From Minisyncoccota bacterium (GTDB taxonomy: Bacteria > Patescibacteriota > Minisyncoccia > UBA6257 > JAAZHW01), in NCBI GenBank assembly GCA_035402745.1, contig DAONDV010000001.1, positions 19,636-83,635 on the forward strand: DNA of 64,000 nucleotides, in the 5' to 3' direction. The notes under the pieces are model-generated. The model saw nothing but the letters and a program-made list of their open reading frames with translations. It was not told the DNA's origin and ran no database searches. Both the position numbers and the translations under genes were made by a program. Shown here in pieces: positions 47,874 through 57,177 of this stretch; position 1 is the first letter of the stretch; each line of letters starts with the position of its first letter.

Positions 47874-49586
47874 ATGGATATTAAAAAATTTATTTCTCGT
47901 TCTTATTGGAGAAATTTTTGGAGTGTATTAACGCCAAAAGAAAAAAAGATTTTTCAAATTGCGGCAATTTTTATTATTATTTGCTCTGTTTTTTTGGCGG
48001 CTCGATGGTATTTGGCTAACACCGTCAAAGTAGCTAAGCAAGGAGGCGATTTGAGGGAGGGTCTTGTTGGACAGCCCACCAGTTTAAATCCTATTTTAGC
48101 TCAAAATGATGTGGATAAAGATTTGAGTTCTTTGGTTTTTAATGGTCTGGTAAAAAGCGACGGAAATGGTGGAATTGTTAATGATTTGGCTGAATCAATA
48201 GAAAAGAGTGATGATGGAAAAAAATGGATAGTACATTTGAGACAGGATGTTTTGTGGCACGATGGAGAACGCTTCAGCGCCGATGATGTTGTTTTCACCA
48301 TAAAAGCCATTAAAGATCCGGAGAGCCGAAGTTCTTCCACAGCCTGGCAAGGAGTGGAGGTTCAAAAATTTAATGAGTACACAGTTGTTTTTGAATTAAA
48401 AAATCCTTATTCATTTTTTGAAGAGAATTTAAAACAGAAAATAATTCCGGAACATATTTTTAGCGCTATTCCTTTGGCAAACTTATATTTATCCGATTAT
48501 AATTTTCAACCTATTGGCACGGGCCCGTTTGTTTTTGATAAATTTGAAAAAAGTAAAAACGGTTTTATCAATTATTATAAATTTACAGCTAATGAAAAGT
48601 ATTTTCAGGGTCGTTCTTATATAAATTCTTATACAGTTAAACTTTACCAAAGCGAGCCTGAGGCGGTTAAGGCTTTTAATTCTAGGCAGATTGATTTGTA
48701 TGCTGGAGTTAACAGTAATAATTTAGAAAATATAGACAGGCATTATGGAGAAAAAGATGTTAGTTTGGCTAGATATTATGCTGTATTTTTTAATCAGAGT
48801 ATTTCTAAAGTTTTAGCCGATAAAAATGTGAGATACGCTTTAAATTACGCCACTAATCGCCAGGAATTGATTGAAAGAGTTTTTGACGGCAAATCAAAAG
48901 AGGTTAATGGCCCCATCTTATCGGATATGAATGGATATGAATCCGGTTTAAATTGGGAGTTCTCCTTGGAAAAGGCTAATGATATTTTAAGTAAAAATGG
49001 TTGGAAAGATAGTGACGGTGATGGAATATTAGAAAAGAAATTATCAAAAGATTTAGACGTTTTGTCTTTGCTTTCTTTTAGATTAATTGTTCCGGAATCA
49101 GCGGGATTGATTGAAACGGCTAGTATTTTAAAAGATCAATGGGCTAAGATCGGATGTCGCGTGGAAATTCAAATTGTTTCTGCTAAGGAATTACAATCTA
49201 ATTATTTGGAACCCCGAGTGTACGATGCTTTGATTTTTGGCAATATGTTGAATTATAATCCTGATCCATTTTCTTTCTGGCATTCTTCTCAGAAACTCAG
49301 TCCTGGTTTTAATTTGGCGCTTTATGAAAATTCCGGAGCTGATAAAGTTTTGGAATCATTAAGACAAACTTTTGATGTGGAAGAGCAAGCTAATGATTTG
49401 AAGAAGTTCCAAAGTTTTGTTTATTCCGACGCTCCTGCTGTGTTTCTTTTCAATCCTTATTATATTATGGTTTCTTTAACTAATTTAGATTTGAACAATA
49501 TGGCTAAACTCAATTCTTTATCTGATAGATATTACGACGTCAATCATTGGTTCTTAAAGACTAAGAGAGTTTTTAAGTCAGAATAA
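47874..49586 (+). CDS. ABC transporter substrate-binding protein, family 5 (Opp/Dpp-like)
   Basis: LNP, DLA, WHDGE.FSADDV.FT, PIGTGPF, VRYALNYA.NR. Confidence 0.92.
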   Translation: MDIKKFISRSYWRNFWSVLTPKEKKIFQIAAIFIIICSVFLAARWYLANTVKVAKQGGDLREGLVGQPTSLNPILAQNDVDKDLSSLVFNGLVKSDGNGGIVNDLAESIEKSDDGKKWIVHLRQDVLWHDGERFSADDVVFTIKAIKDPESRSSSTAWQGVEVQKFNEYTVVFELKNPYSFFEENLKQKIIPEHIFSAIPLANLYLSDYNFQPIGTGPFVFDKFEKSKNGFINYYKFTANEKYFQGRSYINSYTVKLYQSEPEAVKAFNSRQIDLYAGVNSNNLENIDRHYGEKDVSLARYYAVFFNQSISKVLADKNVRYALNYATNRQELIERVFDGKSKEVNGPILSDMNGYESGLNWEFSLEKANDILSKNGWKDSDGDGILEKKLSKDLDVLSLLSFRLIVPESAGLIETASILKDQWAKIGCRVEIQIVSAKELQSNYLEPRVYDALIFGNMLNYNPDPFSFWHSSQKLSPGFNLALYENSGADKVLESLRQTFDVEEQANDLKKFQSFVYSDAPAVFLFNPYYIMVSLTNLDLNNMAKLNSLSDRYYDVNHWFLKTKRVFKSE

Positions 49587-49590
49587 ATAA

Positions 49591-50229
49591 ATGAAACAAG
49601 AAAGTAAAAGGATAAGCGATTTAAAGCCAGTTCTTTATGATGATGGCGTAATCGGAGATGCTGTTGTTTATGATGTGGAAAGAGGCAAGGATGCGCAGAA
49701 TGGATGGCGTCAAGATTTAACTGTTATTTACCCACAAATGCTCGGACGAGAAATTCCGAAGACTTTTGGGCATTATCATAAAAATAACGAGGTAGAAATT
49801 TATGAAATTTTAAGCGGTAAAATAGGATTTTTATGCCAGAAGCATTCTGTTGGTTTACCATTAGAAATAGAACAAGTTTATTTAATAGAAGCGAATAAGG
49901 GAGAAAAGATTGTAATTCCGTCTGAATTCAGTATGACTTCTATTAATTTGGGAGAAACAGAAGCTTCAATGTTCAATTGGGTAAATGATAAAATTGAAAA
50001 CGATTATAGTTTATTTATTCAAAATCACGGCGCTTGTTATTACATAGTAAGAAAAGAAGACGGAGCGTGGGAGGCAATTAAAAATAATCGTTATCAAAAA
50101 GTTCCGGAATTAATTAAATTAAAACCGAGAATCTTGCCCAAGGAATTAGAAAACTTGGAATTTTTAACAAATCAATTAAAATATAAAGATTTTTTAACAG
50201 TCGATAAATTATTTGAAAAAATAAATTAA
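49591..50229 (+). CDS. Cupin-type (archaeal) glucose-6-phosphate isomerase-like protein
   Basis: D.TVI.P...G.E..KT.GHYH, E.YE.L.G, IP...., N.G, DY......G..Y. Confidence 0.8.
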   Translation: MKQESKRISDLKPVLYDDGVIGDAVVYDVERGKDAQNGWRQDLTVIYPQMLGREIPKTFGHYHKNNEVEIYEILSGKIGFLCQKHSVGLPLEIEQVYLIEANKGEKIVIPSEFSMTSINLGETEASMFNWVNDKIENDYSLFIQNHGACYYIVRKEDGAWEAIKNNRYQKVPELIKLKPRILPKELENLEFLTNQLKYKDFLTVDKLFEKIN

Positions 50230-50244
50230 AAGCCAATTCTTTTT

Positions 50245-50328
50245 GCCCTCATGGTGGAATTGGTAGACACGCAGGCTTCAGGAGCCTGTCTCTTAACGGA
50301 GATAGAGGTTCAAATCCTCTTGAGGGCA
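50245..50328 (+). tRNA. tRNA-Leu(CAG)
   Basis: CAGGC-tt-CAG-ga-GCCTG; variable arm. Confidence 0.96.
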
Positions 50329-50347
50329 CGTTAAAGTAAAGAAAAAT

Positions 50348-52075
50348 ATGATGACACCAAGAAAGTTTATAAATAGAAGGCCGCAGCATCGACATTCTGA
50401 TGGAGCGGGCGAACACATTAAAGTGTGTTCTTTAGGAGGCCTCGGAGAAGTAGGCCGTAATTTGAGTTTTATTGAATATAAGAATCAAATTATTGTAATG
50501 GATTGCGGATTGCGTTTTCCGGAAGAAGATATGCCGGGTGTTGATTTTATCATCCCTAATATTGAATATTTAGAAAAAAATAAAAAGAAAATAATTGGAG
50601 TATTTATTACTCATGGACATCTTGATCATATTGGAGCTATTCCTTATATTATCACTAAACTGGGTAATCCTCCGATATACACAGCTCCTTTGACTCGTGC
50701 TCTTATTTTGAAACGTCAGGATGATTTTCCGAATCAACCTCGCTTAAAAATAGAAGTAATTGATCCGACTAAATTGGACAGTATTAATATTGGTTATTTT
50801 AAGATTCATCCATTTAGGGTAAATCATAATATTCCTGATTCGGTTTGTTTTGCTATAGAAACAGAAGTCGGTACTATTTTTTATATGACTGACTTTAAAT
50901 TTGATTATAGTCCAATTATCGATCCTCCGGTTGATTTGGGTAGAATTTCCAGATTGGCTTCACGTGGAGTTTTATTGTTGATGGCTGATTCTACTGGCGC
51001 TGAAGAACCTGGACATTCCATTTCTGAAAAAAATATTTATGAAGATTTGGAGAGAATTTTTGAAAAGTCTCAAGGAAAGATTATTGCAGCAACATTTTCT
51101 TCTTTGGTGGGACGTGTGCAGCAATTGATTTGGTTGTCTGAGAAATATGGTCGTCGAGTGGTCATAGACGGTTTTTCCATGAAAAATGTCGTGGCTATAA
51201 CGAGAGCGTTGGGTTACTTGCAGGTTGGTAAAAATACTATTATTTCCGCGCAAGAAGCGGAGGCTTTGCATAGAAATCAATTGACCATTATTTGTACTGG
51301 ATCGCAGGGTGAAGACCGAGCGGTTTTGATGAGAATAGTTAACCGTGAACATAAATATTTTAAGATTGAAAGGGGAGACTCAATTATATTTTCTTCTTCG
51401 GTTATTCCGGGCAATGAACGAGCTGTGCAAAATTTGAAGGATAATTTTTATCGTCAAGGAGCAAAGGTATTCCATTATAAAATGTTGGATATTCATGCCG
51501 GTGGACATGCGCAACAAGACGATTTGAAGTTAATGCATAATTTAATTAAGCCGAAATTCTTTATGCCTATTCATGGTCAATACTCCATGCTTCAAGTTCA
51601 TGCTGATTTAGCCGAGCAATTGGGATTGCCCAAGAGCAATATTGCTATTGCCGACAATGGTCAGATTTTAGATCTCACGAAGAGCACTATGAAGTTTGAA
51701 GGAGAAGTGCCGGCTAATTATGTTATGGTTGATGGTTTGGGGGTTGGTGACGTGGGAGAGGTGGTTTTGCGCGATAGAACGCAACTGGCGCAAGATGGTA
51801 TGCTTGTCATTGTGGCTATGATTGATGGGGAGTCGGGATTATTGAAAGGAGAGGCGGAGGTCCATTCTCGAGGGTTTGTTTATCTAAAAGAATCCAAGGA
51901 ATTTATTAGGGAAATCAATACTTTGGTTAAAGATATTATTAGCAAGACTTCTTCCAAGGATCGTACGACTAATTGGGCTTATGTAAAGGATAATTTGCGT
52001 GATAAAATCGGTGAATTTATCTTTAAACGTACCGAACGTAGACCCATGATTTTACCGTTTATTGTGGAAATGTAG
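50348..52075 (+). CDS. rnj: Ribonuclease J
   Basis: LGGLGEVGRN, THGHLDHIG, TGSQGE, IPGNE, H..GHA, PIHG. Confidence 0.97.
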   Translation: MMTPRKFINRRPQHRHSDGAGEHIKVCSLGGLGEVGRNLSFIEYKNQIIVMDCGLRFPEEDMPGVDFIIPNIEYLEKNKKKIIGVFITHGHLDHIGAIPYIITKLGNPPIYTAPLTRALILKRQDDFPNQPRLKIEVIDPTKLDSINIGYFKIHPFRVNHNIPDSVCFAIETEVGTIFYMTDFKFDYSPIIDPPVDLGRISRLASRGVLLLMADSTGAEEPGHSISEKNIYEDLERIFEKSQGKIIAATFSSLVGRVQQLIWLSEKYGRRVVIDGFSMKNVVAITRALGYLQVGKNTIISAQEAEALHRNQLTIICTGSQGEDRAVLMRIVNREHKYFKIERGDSIIFSSSVIPGNERAVQNLKDNFYRQGAKVFHYKMLDIHAGGHAQQDDLKLMHNLIKPKFFMPIHGQYSMLQVHADLAEQLGLPKSNIAIADNGQILDLTKSTMKFEGEVPANYVMVDGLGVGDVGEVVLRDRTQLAQDGMLVIVAMIDGESGLLKGEAEVHSRGFVYLKESKEFIREINTLVKDIISKTSSKDRTTNWAYVKDNLRDKIGEFIFKRTERRPMILPFIVEM

Positions 52076-52094
52076 AGTGTTTAAAGAAATTAAC

Positions 52095-52133
52095 AACCCG
52101 CCCTGTTCATTAAAATATGAACGGGGCGGGTTT
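52095..52133 (+). terminator. Intrinsic terminator
   Basis: AACCCGCCCTGTTCAT...ATGAACGGGGCGGGTT. Confidence 0.85.
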
Positions 52134-52197
52134 GCTTTACAATCAAAAAAAACGGCACTATAATTTTTATTAGCACATTCAAAAATGAGAGGTGAAA

Positions 52198-52827
52198 ATG
52201 GAAAAACCGATTCTTTATTATTTTACTCAGTATCAATTGTTGATTTGCTGCGCACTTTTAATTTTTCTGGTTGTCCTTATATTGAAAGTAATTTTTAGAA
52301 CAAAAAAGGTTGTTAAACAAGAAAACTATGATGGGAAAACGATTATTCATATAGAACGCGTTCCTATTTATGAAATTGCGGAATATAATTTACCTTCCTT
52401 TAAATTCATTTCTTGGGTACGTCGCAGGCATCCCGATTTTAATTTTTTAGTTGGGGGTTCCGGAAAAATAATTTCTTTTGAAAAACATCGCAATAATTTT
52501 ATTGCTGTCCTTTATGAGGGAATGAATACTGAATGTTTTTATGATAAAACGCTCAATCAGGATATAAGCAAAAAGATAATCACTAAAAAATTATTTATTT
52601 ATATTTGGGAAAATGGAGAAGTGTTTCAATATTCTCCGGTTGATGTTCAAGAAATCAGTTTTTCTTTGAAGGATGTTTTTACCAGTGATATTTTAAAAAT
52701 ATCAGAAAAGCCAGCGAAGAAAGTGGCGTTTAAGATATTAAAAGTATTTAAAATAAGCGATTGTTCTGTTGGCGTGAGCGTGTGTATTGATGATCACGAA
52801 AGAACTTTTAGATTTTCAGTAGCGTAA
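52198..52827 (+). CDS. Hypothetical protein with N-terminal TM (ORFan cassette)
   Basis: SD GAGGTG; promoter TTTACA-17-TATAAT; terminator at 52842-52872. Confidence 0.65.
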   Translation: MEKPILYYFTQYQLLICCALLIFLVVLILKVIFRTKKVVKQENYDGKTIIHIERVPIYEIAEYNLPSFKFISWVRRRHPDFNFLVGGSGKIISFEKHRNNFIAVLYEGMNTECFYDKTLNQDISKKIITKKLFIYIWENGEVFQYSPVDVQEISFSLKDVFTSDILKISEKPAKKVAFKILKVFKISDCSVGVSVCIDDHERTFRFSVA

Positions 52828-52904
52828 ATGGCAATTAATATAAAAAGCCCCTCATTTAAAGTGGGGCTTTTTCTTTTGTTTATTTTAATGTAAAATGTAG
52901 ATAT

Positions 52905-53960
52905 ATGAAAATAGTAAGTGGAATTCAACCATCCGGAAAATTGCATCTTGGCAATTACCTTGGGGCTATAAAAAATTGGATTAATTTACAGGAAGATAAG
53001 AATAATTCTTGTTTGTTTTTTTTAGCTGATCTTCATTCTTTAACGGAAAGCACTGGTTTGGCTGAGGAAAAGAAGGGACAGATTGAACAGTTGGCCATTG
53101 ATTTGTTGGCCTTGGGTTTAGATCCAAAAAAATGCACTCTTTTTATCCAATCTCATGTATCAGAAGCGACTGAGTTGTCCTGGTTTTTTAATTGCGTGAC
53201 GCCGATTGGAGATTTGGAAAGAATGACTCAATATAAAGATAAATCTAAAAAACAGCCGGAGAATATAAATGCCGGGTTGTTTACTTATCCCATTTTAATG
53301 GCAGCGGATATTTTGCTTTATAAGGCCGAGGGCGTGCCGGTAGGCGATGATCAATTACAACATTTGGAAATAGCTAGAGAAACAGCTAGAAGATTTAATC
53401 GTCGTTTTGGGGATGTGTTTCCAGAACCGAAAGCTTTATTAACTAGGACTGTTCGTTTGATGAGTTTAAAAAATCCTTTGGAAAAAATGTCTAAGAGCTC
53501 AGAAAATTCTTATATTGGAGTTTTTGATGAGCCAAAAATAATTCAGGATAAAATAAAATCTATGGCCACTGCTTCCAATGATTTATTCGCTAAAATTTCT
53601 TTGGGTAAAGACGAATTAATTATTGAGCCGAGTAAAAAAGGAAAGGATGATAAAAATTTCCCGGCTATGTCAGCGGCAGTGGTTAATATGTTTAATTTAA
53701 TGAGAGAGTTTAATCCTTTGCAATATAAGTCTTTGTTTGATGGTATAGAGGTTAATTTGGAAAGATTGAGATATGGAGAATTAAAAGAATCATTGGCTAA
53801 AGCCATTGTTGAATATTTTGCGCCGTTTAAAACTAAAAGAGAAGAATTAATGAAAGATAAAAAAGCAGTAATGAGAGTCTATGAAGAGGGCGCAAAAAAA
53901 GCCCGAGAAATCGCGCAAGTAACAATGAAGGAAGTGAAAGAAAAAGCTGGATTGATTTAA
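52905..53960 (+). CDS. trpS: Tryptophan--tRNA ligase
   Basis: SGIQPSG.LHLGNY.GA, YP.LMAADIL, VPVGDDQ.QH.E, KMSKS. Confidence 0.98.
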   Translation: MKIVSGIQPSGKLHLGNYLGAIKNWINLQEDKNNSCLFFLADLHSLTESTGLAEEKKGQIEQLAIDLLALGLDPKKCTLFIQSHVSEATELSWFFNCVTPIGDLERMTQYKDKSKKQPENINAGLFTYPILMAADILLYKAEGVPVGDDQLQHLEIARETARRFNRRFGDVFPEPKALLTRTVRLMSLKNPLEKMSKSSENSYIGVFDEPKIIQDKIKSMATASNDLFAKISLGKDELIIEPSKKGKDDKNFPAMSAAVVNMFNLMREFNPLQYKSLFDGIEVNLERLRYGELKESLAKAIVEYFAPFKTKREELMKDKKAVMRVYEEGAKKAREIAQVTMKEVKEKAGLI

Positions 53961-53965
53961 TTTAT

Positions 53966-54232
53966 ATGAATGAAAAAATTATTGATAAAATAGGATGGTT
54001 TGCAGCGCTTATGGGAATAGCCATGTTTTTTTCGTACATTGATCAGATTAGATTAAATGTTTCTGGTCAAATTGGCTCTGTAATTTTACCTATTGCGACA
54101 ATGATAAATTGTATTGCTTGGTCTTCATATGGTTTCTTAAAACCTAAAAAAGATTGGCCTATGGTAGTTTCAAATGGTTTTGGGGTGATTCTGGCTGCAC
54201 TGACTGCTATAACGGCTATAATTTTTAGGTAA
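53966..54232 (+). CDS. SemiSWEET/PQ-loop family transporter
   Basis: 88 aa, three TMs; SYIDQI, N...W..YG, DWP....N..G. Confidence 0.8.
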   Translation: MNEKIIDKIGWFAALMGIAMFFSYIDQIRLNVSGQIGSVILPIATMINCIAWSSYGFLKPKKDWPMVVSNGFGVILAALTAITAIIFR

Positions 54233-54249
54233 AAAACGGATTGATATAA

Positions 54250-54287
54250 ATTTAAAAAAATCCGCCAATTGGCGGATTTTTTTAAAT
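54250..54287. terminator. Bidirectional terminator; perfect 38-bp palindrome
   Basis: ATTTAAAAAAATCCGCCAA|TTGGCGGATTTTTTTAAAT between convergent genes. Confidence 0.9.
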
Positions 54288-55850
54288 ATCTTTTGTCATA
54301 TACGTGCCTTCTAACTCATAACCAAGATGGCGGTAATAATCACGAACACCAATGCCGGAAATCACGGCTATCTTTTTTAATTTGAATTCTTTTTTGGCTA
54401 TCCTTTCCGCTTCAGCAACAAGTTTTTTGCCTAATCCCATATGTTGGGCGGCAATAGATTTTTTGCCAATGCTTAAAAGTTGTCCGTAAGTGTGAACTTC
54501 ACGAATTAAAGCAGCGCCTTCTAATTCTTGGATAAAAAATGGTTGTTTTTGTAAGGCGTATTCTGGAATGCGTAAACGCAATAAACTGAATAATTTTGTT
54601 CTATCTTTATTTTCCCATGATAAAAATATTTCTTTTCCATCGGATGCGCTATAGTCGATTCTAAATAATTGGATTTTCTCTTTGGGATCATATAAATCCT
54701 TTACTTCTCGTGAACGGATATCTTTGCATTTTTCTCCCTTTTTAATCATTTCTCTGTCAATCATTTCTCGCAAGTTGGATGTTTTGGATCCGGCGACAAT
54801 ACTGGTGGCCGGGATATCTCTGATGACTCTTTGCATGCGGCAATAATAGGGGATTTCCAACATTATTTTTTCCATTAATTGATTTAATGTTTTTTCCGGA
54901 TATGGTTTGTATTCTCCCTTTAAATATGATTTATAAAGTTGAGATTCTTTTAAAACTACGCACGGGTATATTTTTAATAAGTCCGGTTGGAAGTCAGGAT
55001 TTTTAAATATTTCTTTAAACATGGTCAAGTCTTTTTGAGGAGTAGAACCCATTAAATTGGGCATTAAGTGGTAGCAGATTTTAAATCCGGCTTCTTTTAA
55101 AAGTTTAGTGGCTCTAATGGATTTTTCAACGGAATGTCCGCGTTTATTTAATTTTAAAACATTATCATAGATACTTTGTATTCCCATTTCCACTCGGGTA
55201 ACACCCAATTCGCGCATCATAGTGATTTCTTCTTCATTGATAAAATCTGGGCGAGTTTCAACTGTAAGCCCGATAATACGATTATTGGTTTTCTCGTTGA
55301 GTAGTTGCGCTTGTTTTATGGTTTTACTGGTTTTTCCATTAGCGGCGTCAAAAGCGCGTTTAATAAACCATTTTCTGTATTTTGTCGGTAAAAAAGACCA
55401 CGTTCCGCCGATAACAATTAACTCAATTTTATCGGTGGGGTGTCCGCTGATTTTTAAATCTTTTATTCTGTTGGCTGTTTGCTTATAGGGGTCAAATTTA
55501 TTTAAAATGGCGCGCATAATAGCCGGCTCGTTGCTTAAATAACTCTTTGGCATCGCTTTCTCGGTGGGGCAATAAAGGCATTGACCTGGGCAAGGATAGG
55601 GTTTTGTAGAAATAGTAATAACTGCCACCCCTGATAAAGAACGCATTTTTTTTGTTTTTAATAAGGCGTACAGTTTGGCATCTTTCTTATTTTTCTTATT
55701 TTTAGTAAAATCTAAATAAGCCATTGATAGATGACGATTGGACATTGGGGATTCACCGGAGGATTTGGAGATTTCTCTTTTAAAATCATTCAAATCTTTT
55801 TCCGTATGAATCTTGGCTTTTATTAATTTTTTGATTATTTCATCTTTCAT
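54282..55850 (-). CDS. elp3: Elp3 tRNA U34 carboxymethyltransferase (radical SAM plus KAT domain)
   Basis: CPGQCLYCP, PKSY..NEP, DKIE.I..GGT, ETRPD, KIYP, R.IRDIP, SNLRE, IR.RE, REVH.YG, QH.GLG..L, ISG.GVR.YY..LGY. Confidence 0.93.
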   Translation of the reverse strand: MKDEIIKKLIKAKIHTEKDLNDFKREISKSSGESPMSNRHLSMAYLDFTKNKKNKKDAKLYALLKTKKMRSLSGVAVITISTKPYPCPGQCLYCPTEKAMPKSYLSNEPAIMRAILNKFDPYKQTANRIKDLKISGHPTDKIELIVIGGTWSFLPTKYRKWFIKRAFDAANGKTSKTIKQAQLLNEKTNNRIIGLTVETRPDFINEEEITMMRELGVTRVEMGIQSIYDNVLKLNKRGHSVEKSIRATKLLKEAGFKICYHLMPNLMGSTPQKDLTMFKEIFKNPDFQPDLLKIYPCVVLKESQLYKSYLKGEYKPYPEKTLNQLMEKIMLEIPYYCRMQRVIRDIPATSIVAGSKTSNLREMIDREMIKKGEKCKDIRSREVKDLYDPKEKIQLFRIDYSASDGKEIFLSWENKDRTKLFSLLRLRIPEYALQKQPFFIQELEGAALIREVHTYGQLLSIGKKSIAAQHMGLGKKLVAEAERIAKKEFKLKKIAVISGIGVRDYYRHLGYELEGTYMTKDI

Positions 55851-55953
55851 TGTTATAAAATAATCTTACGCTGAAAAAATATTAAAGCAAGTATAGCAAT
55901 CATTTTTATAAAATAAAGATTATACGATAAATACTTATTTAAGCATTAAAATT

Positions 55954-56667
55954 ATGAGACAAAAAAGAGCTGAAAAATTATTAAGCGATGTGAAAGCTGA
56001 TTACAATAGAATTGCCGGTCACTTTTCAAAGACTCGAACTTATTTTTGGCCGGATGCCAAATTTTTATTGGATTATATAAAAGAAGATGATTTGGTTTTA
56101 GATTTGGGTTGTGGTAATGGCAGGGCTTTTCGAGAAATTAAAGAAAGGGGGGCTCAATATATTGGAGTGGATTTTTCTGAAGAATTAATCAAAGAGGCTA
56201 AAGATATTCACTCTGAAGCTGATTTTAGAGTGGCCAATGCTTTGCAGCTGCCGTTTGCCGATGACTATTTTGATAAAATTTATTGTTTTGCCGTTTTGCA
56301 TCATATCCCATCAAAGCAATTGCGTCAGGAATTTATGGAAGAAGCGCAAAGAGTTTTAAAACCGGGCGGCCTTTTAATTTTAACAGTTTGGGATTTGTGG
56401 TCAAATTCTCGCGCTAAGAAGATTTTATTTCAAAACAGATTGAAGAAATTATTTTTTGCTTCATCTTTAGGTTGGAATGATGTTTTTTATTTATGGAAAG
56501 ATGCTAATGGAAAAATACTGGTTAAACGTTATGTGCATATGTTTAAAAAAGGGGAGTTATTAAAATTGGCAAAGCGATCGGATCTGGAAATAATAAATTC
56601 CGGAAGGATTAAAAAAATAGGAAATGAAAACGGAAATATTTATTTGGTGGCGAAAAAGTCGCGTTAA
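55954..56667 (+). CDS. Class I SAM methyltransferase, Trm9/ALKBH8-like
   Basis: YNRIAGHFSKTR...WP, LDLGCGNGR, AVLHHIP...R, RVLKPGG...TVW, RY.H.F..GEL. Confidence 0.75.
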   Translation: MRQKRAEKLLSDVKADYNRIAGHFSKTRTYFWPDAKFLLDYIKEDDLVLDLGCGNGRAFREIKERGAQYIGVDFSEELIKEAKDIHSEADFRVANALQLPFADDYFDKIYCFAVLHHIPSKQLRQEFMEEAQRVLKPGGLLILTVWDLWSNSRAKKILFQNRLKKLFFASSLGWNDVFYLWKDANGKILVKRYVHMFKKGELLKLAKRSDLEIINSGRIKKIGNENGNIYLVAKKSR

Positions 56668-56678
56668 TAATTTTAATT

Positions 56679-57008
56679 ATGAATTTTAAAGAGTATCAAG
56701 AAAAATCTCGACAAACCGCGATTTATCCCAATTTGGGGAAGAATTTTGTTTATCCATCTTTGGGTTTGGCCGGTGAAACCGGTGAAGTGATGGAAAAAAT
56801 AAAAAAATTGATTCGTGATAAAGATGGAAAAATCGATGATGAATTTAAAAAAGAAATTAGCAAGGAAATGGGCGATGTATTGTGGTATTTGGCGCAATTA
56901 GCTACGGAGTTTTCTTTATCTTTTGAGGAAATAGCAGAAGAAAATATTGAGAAGCTTTTTTCTAGAAAGGATAGGGGAATATTGCATGGAAATGGTGATA
57001 ATAGATAA
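56679..57008 (+). CDS. MazG-like nucleoside triphosphate pyrophosphohydrolase
   Basis: LGLAGETGEV.EK.KK, KEMGDVLWY, N.EKL.SR..RG...G.GD.R. Confidence 0.92.
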   Translation: MNFKEYQEKSRQTAIYPNLGKNFVYPSLGLAGETGEVMEKIKKLIRDKDGKIDDEFKKEISKEMGDVLWYLAQLATEFSLSFEEIAEENIEKLFSRKDRGILHGNGDNR

Positions 57009-57025
57009 AAATTAGATGTTTTATT

Positions 57026-57059
57026 AATAAATGCCGTATCGAGGGATACGGCATTTATT
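57026..57059 (+). terminator. Intrinsic terminator
   Basis: AATAAATGCCGTATC-gagg-GATACGGCATTTATT. Confidence 0.85.
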
Positions 57060-57085
57060 GTTTGTGGTGTGCCCTCCTCGTGGGG

Positions 57086-57114
57086 TTGACTTTTATATTA
57101 AGGTATGATATAAT
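57086..57114 (+). promoter_or_regulatory. Consensus sigma70 promoter
   Basis: TTGACT-17-TATAAT with extended TG. Confidence 0.8.
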
Positions 57115-57177
57115 GATATCACTTTTCGTTTGGTACTTGAAAAGTCGAAAAAATAGCGTAAAATCTATAAAAATAAT

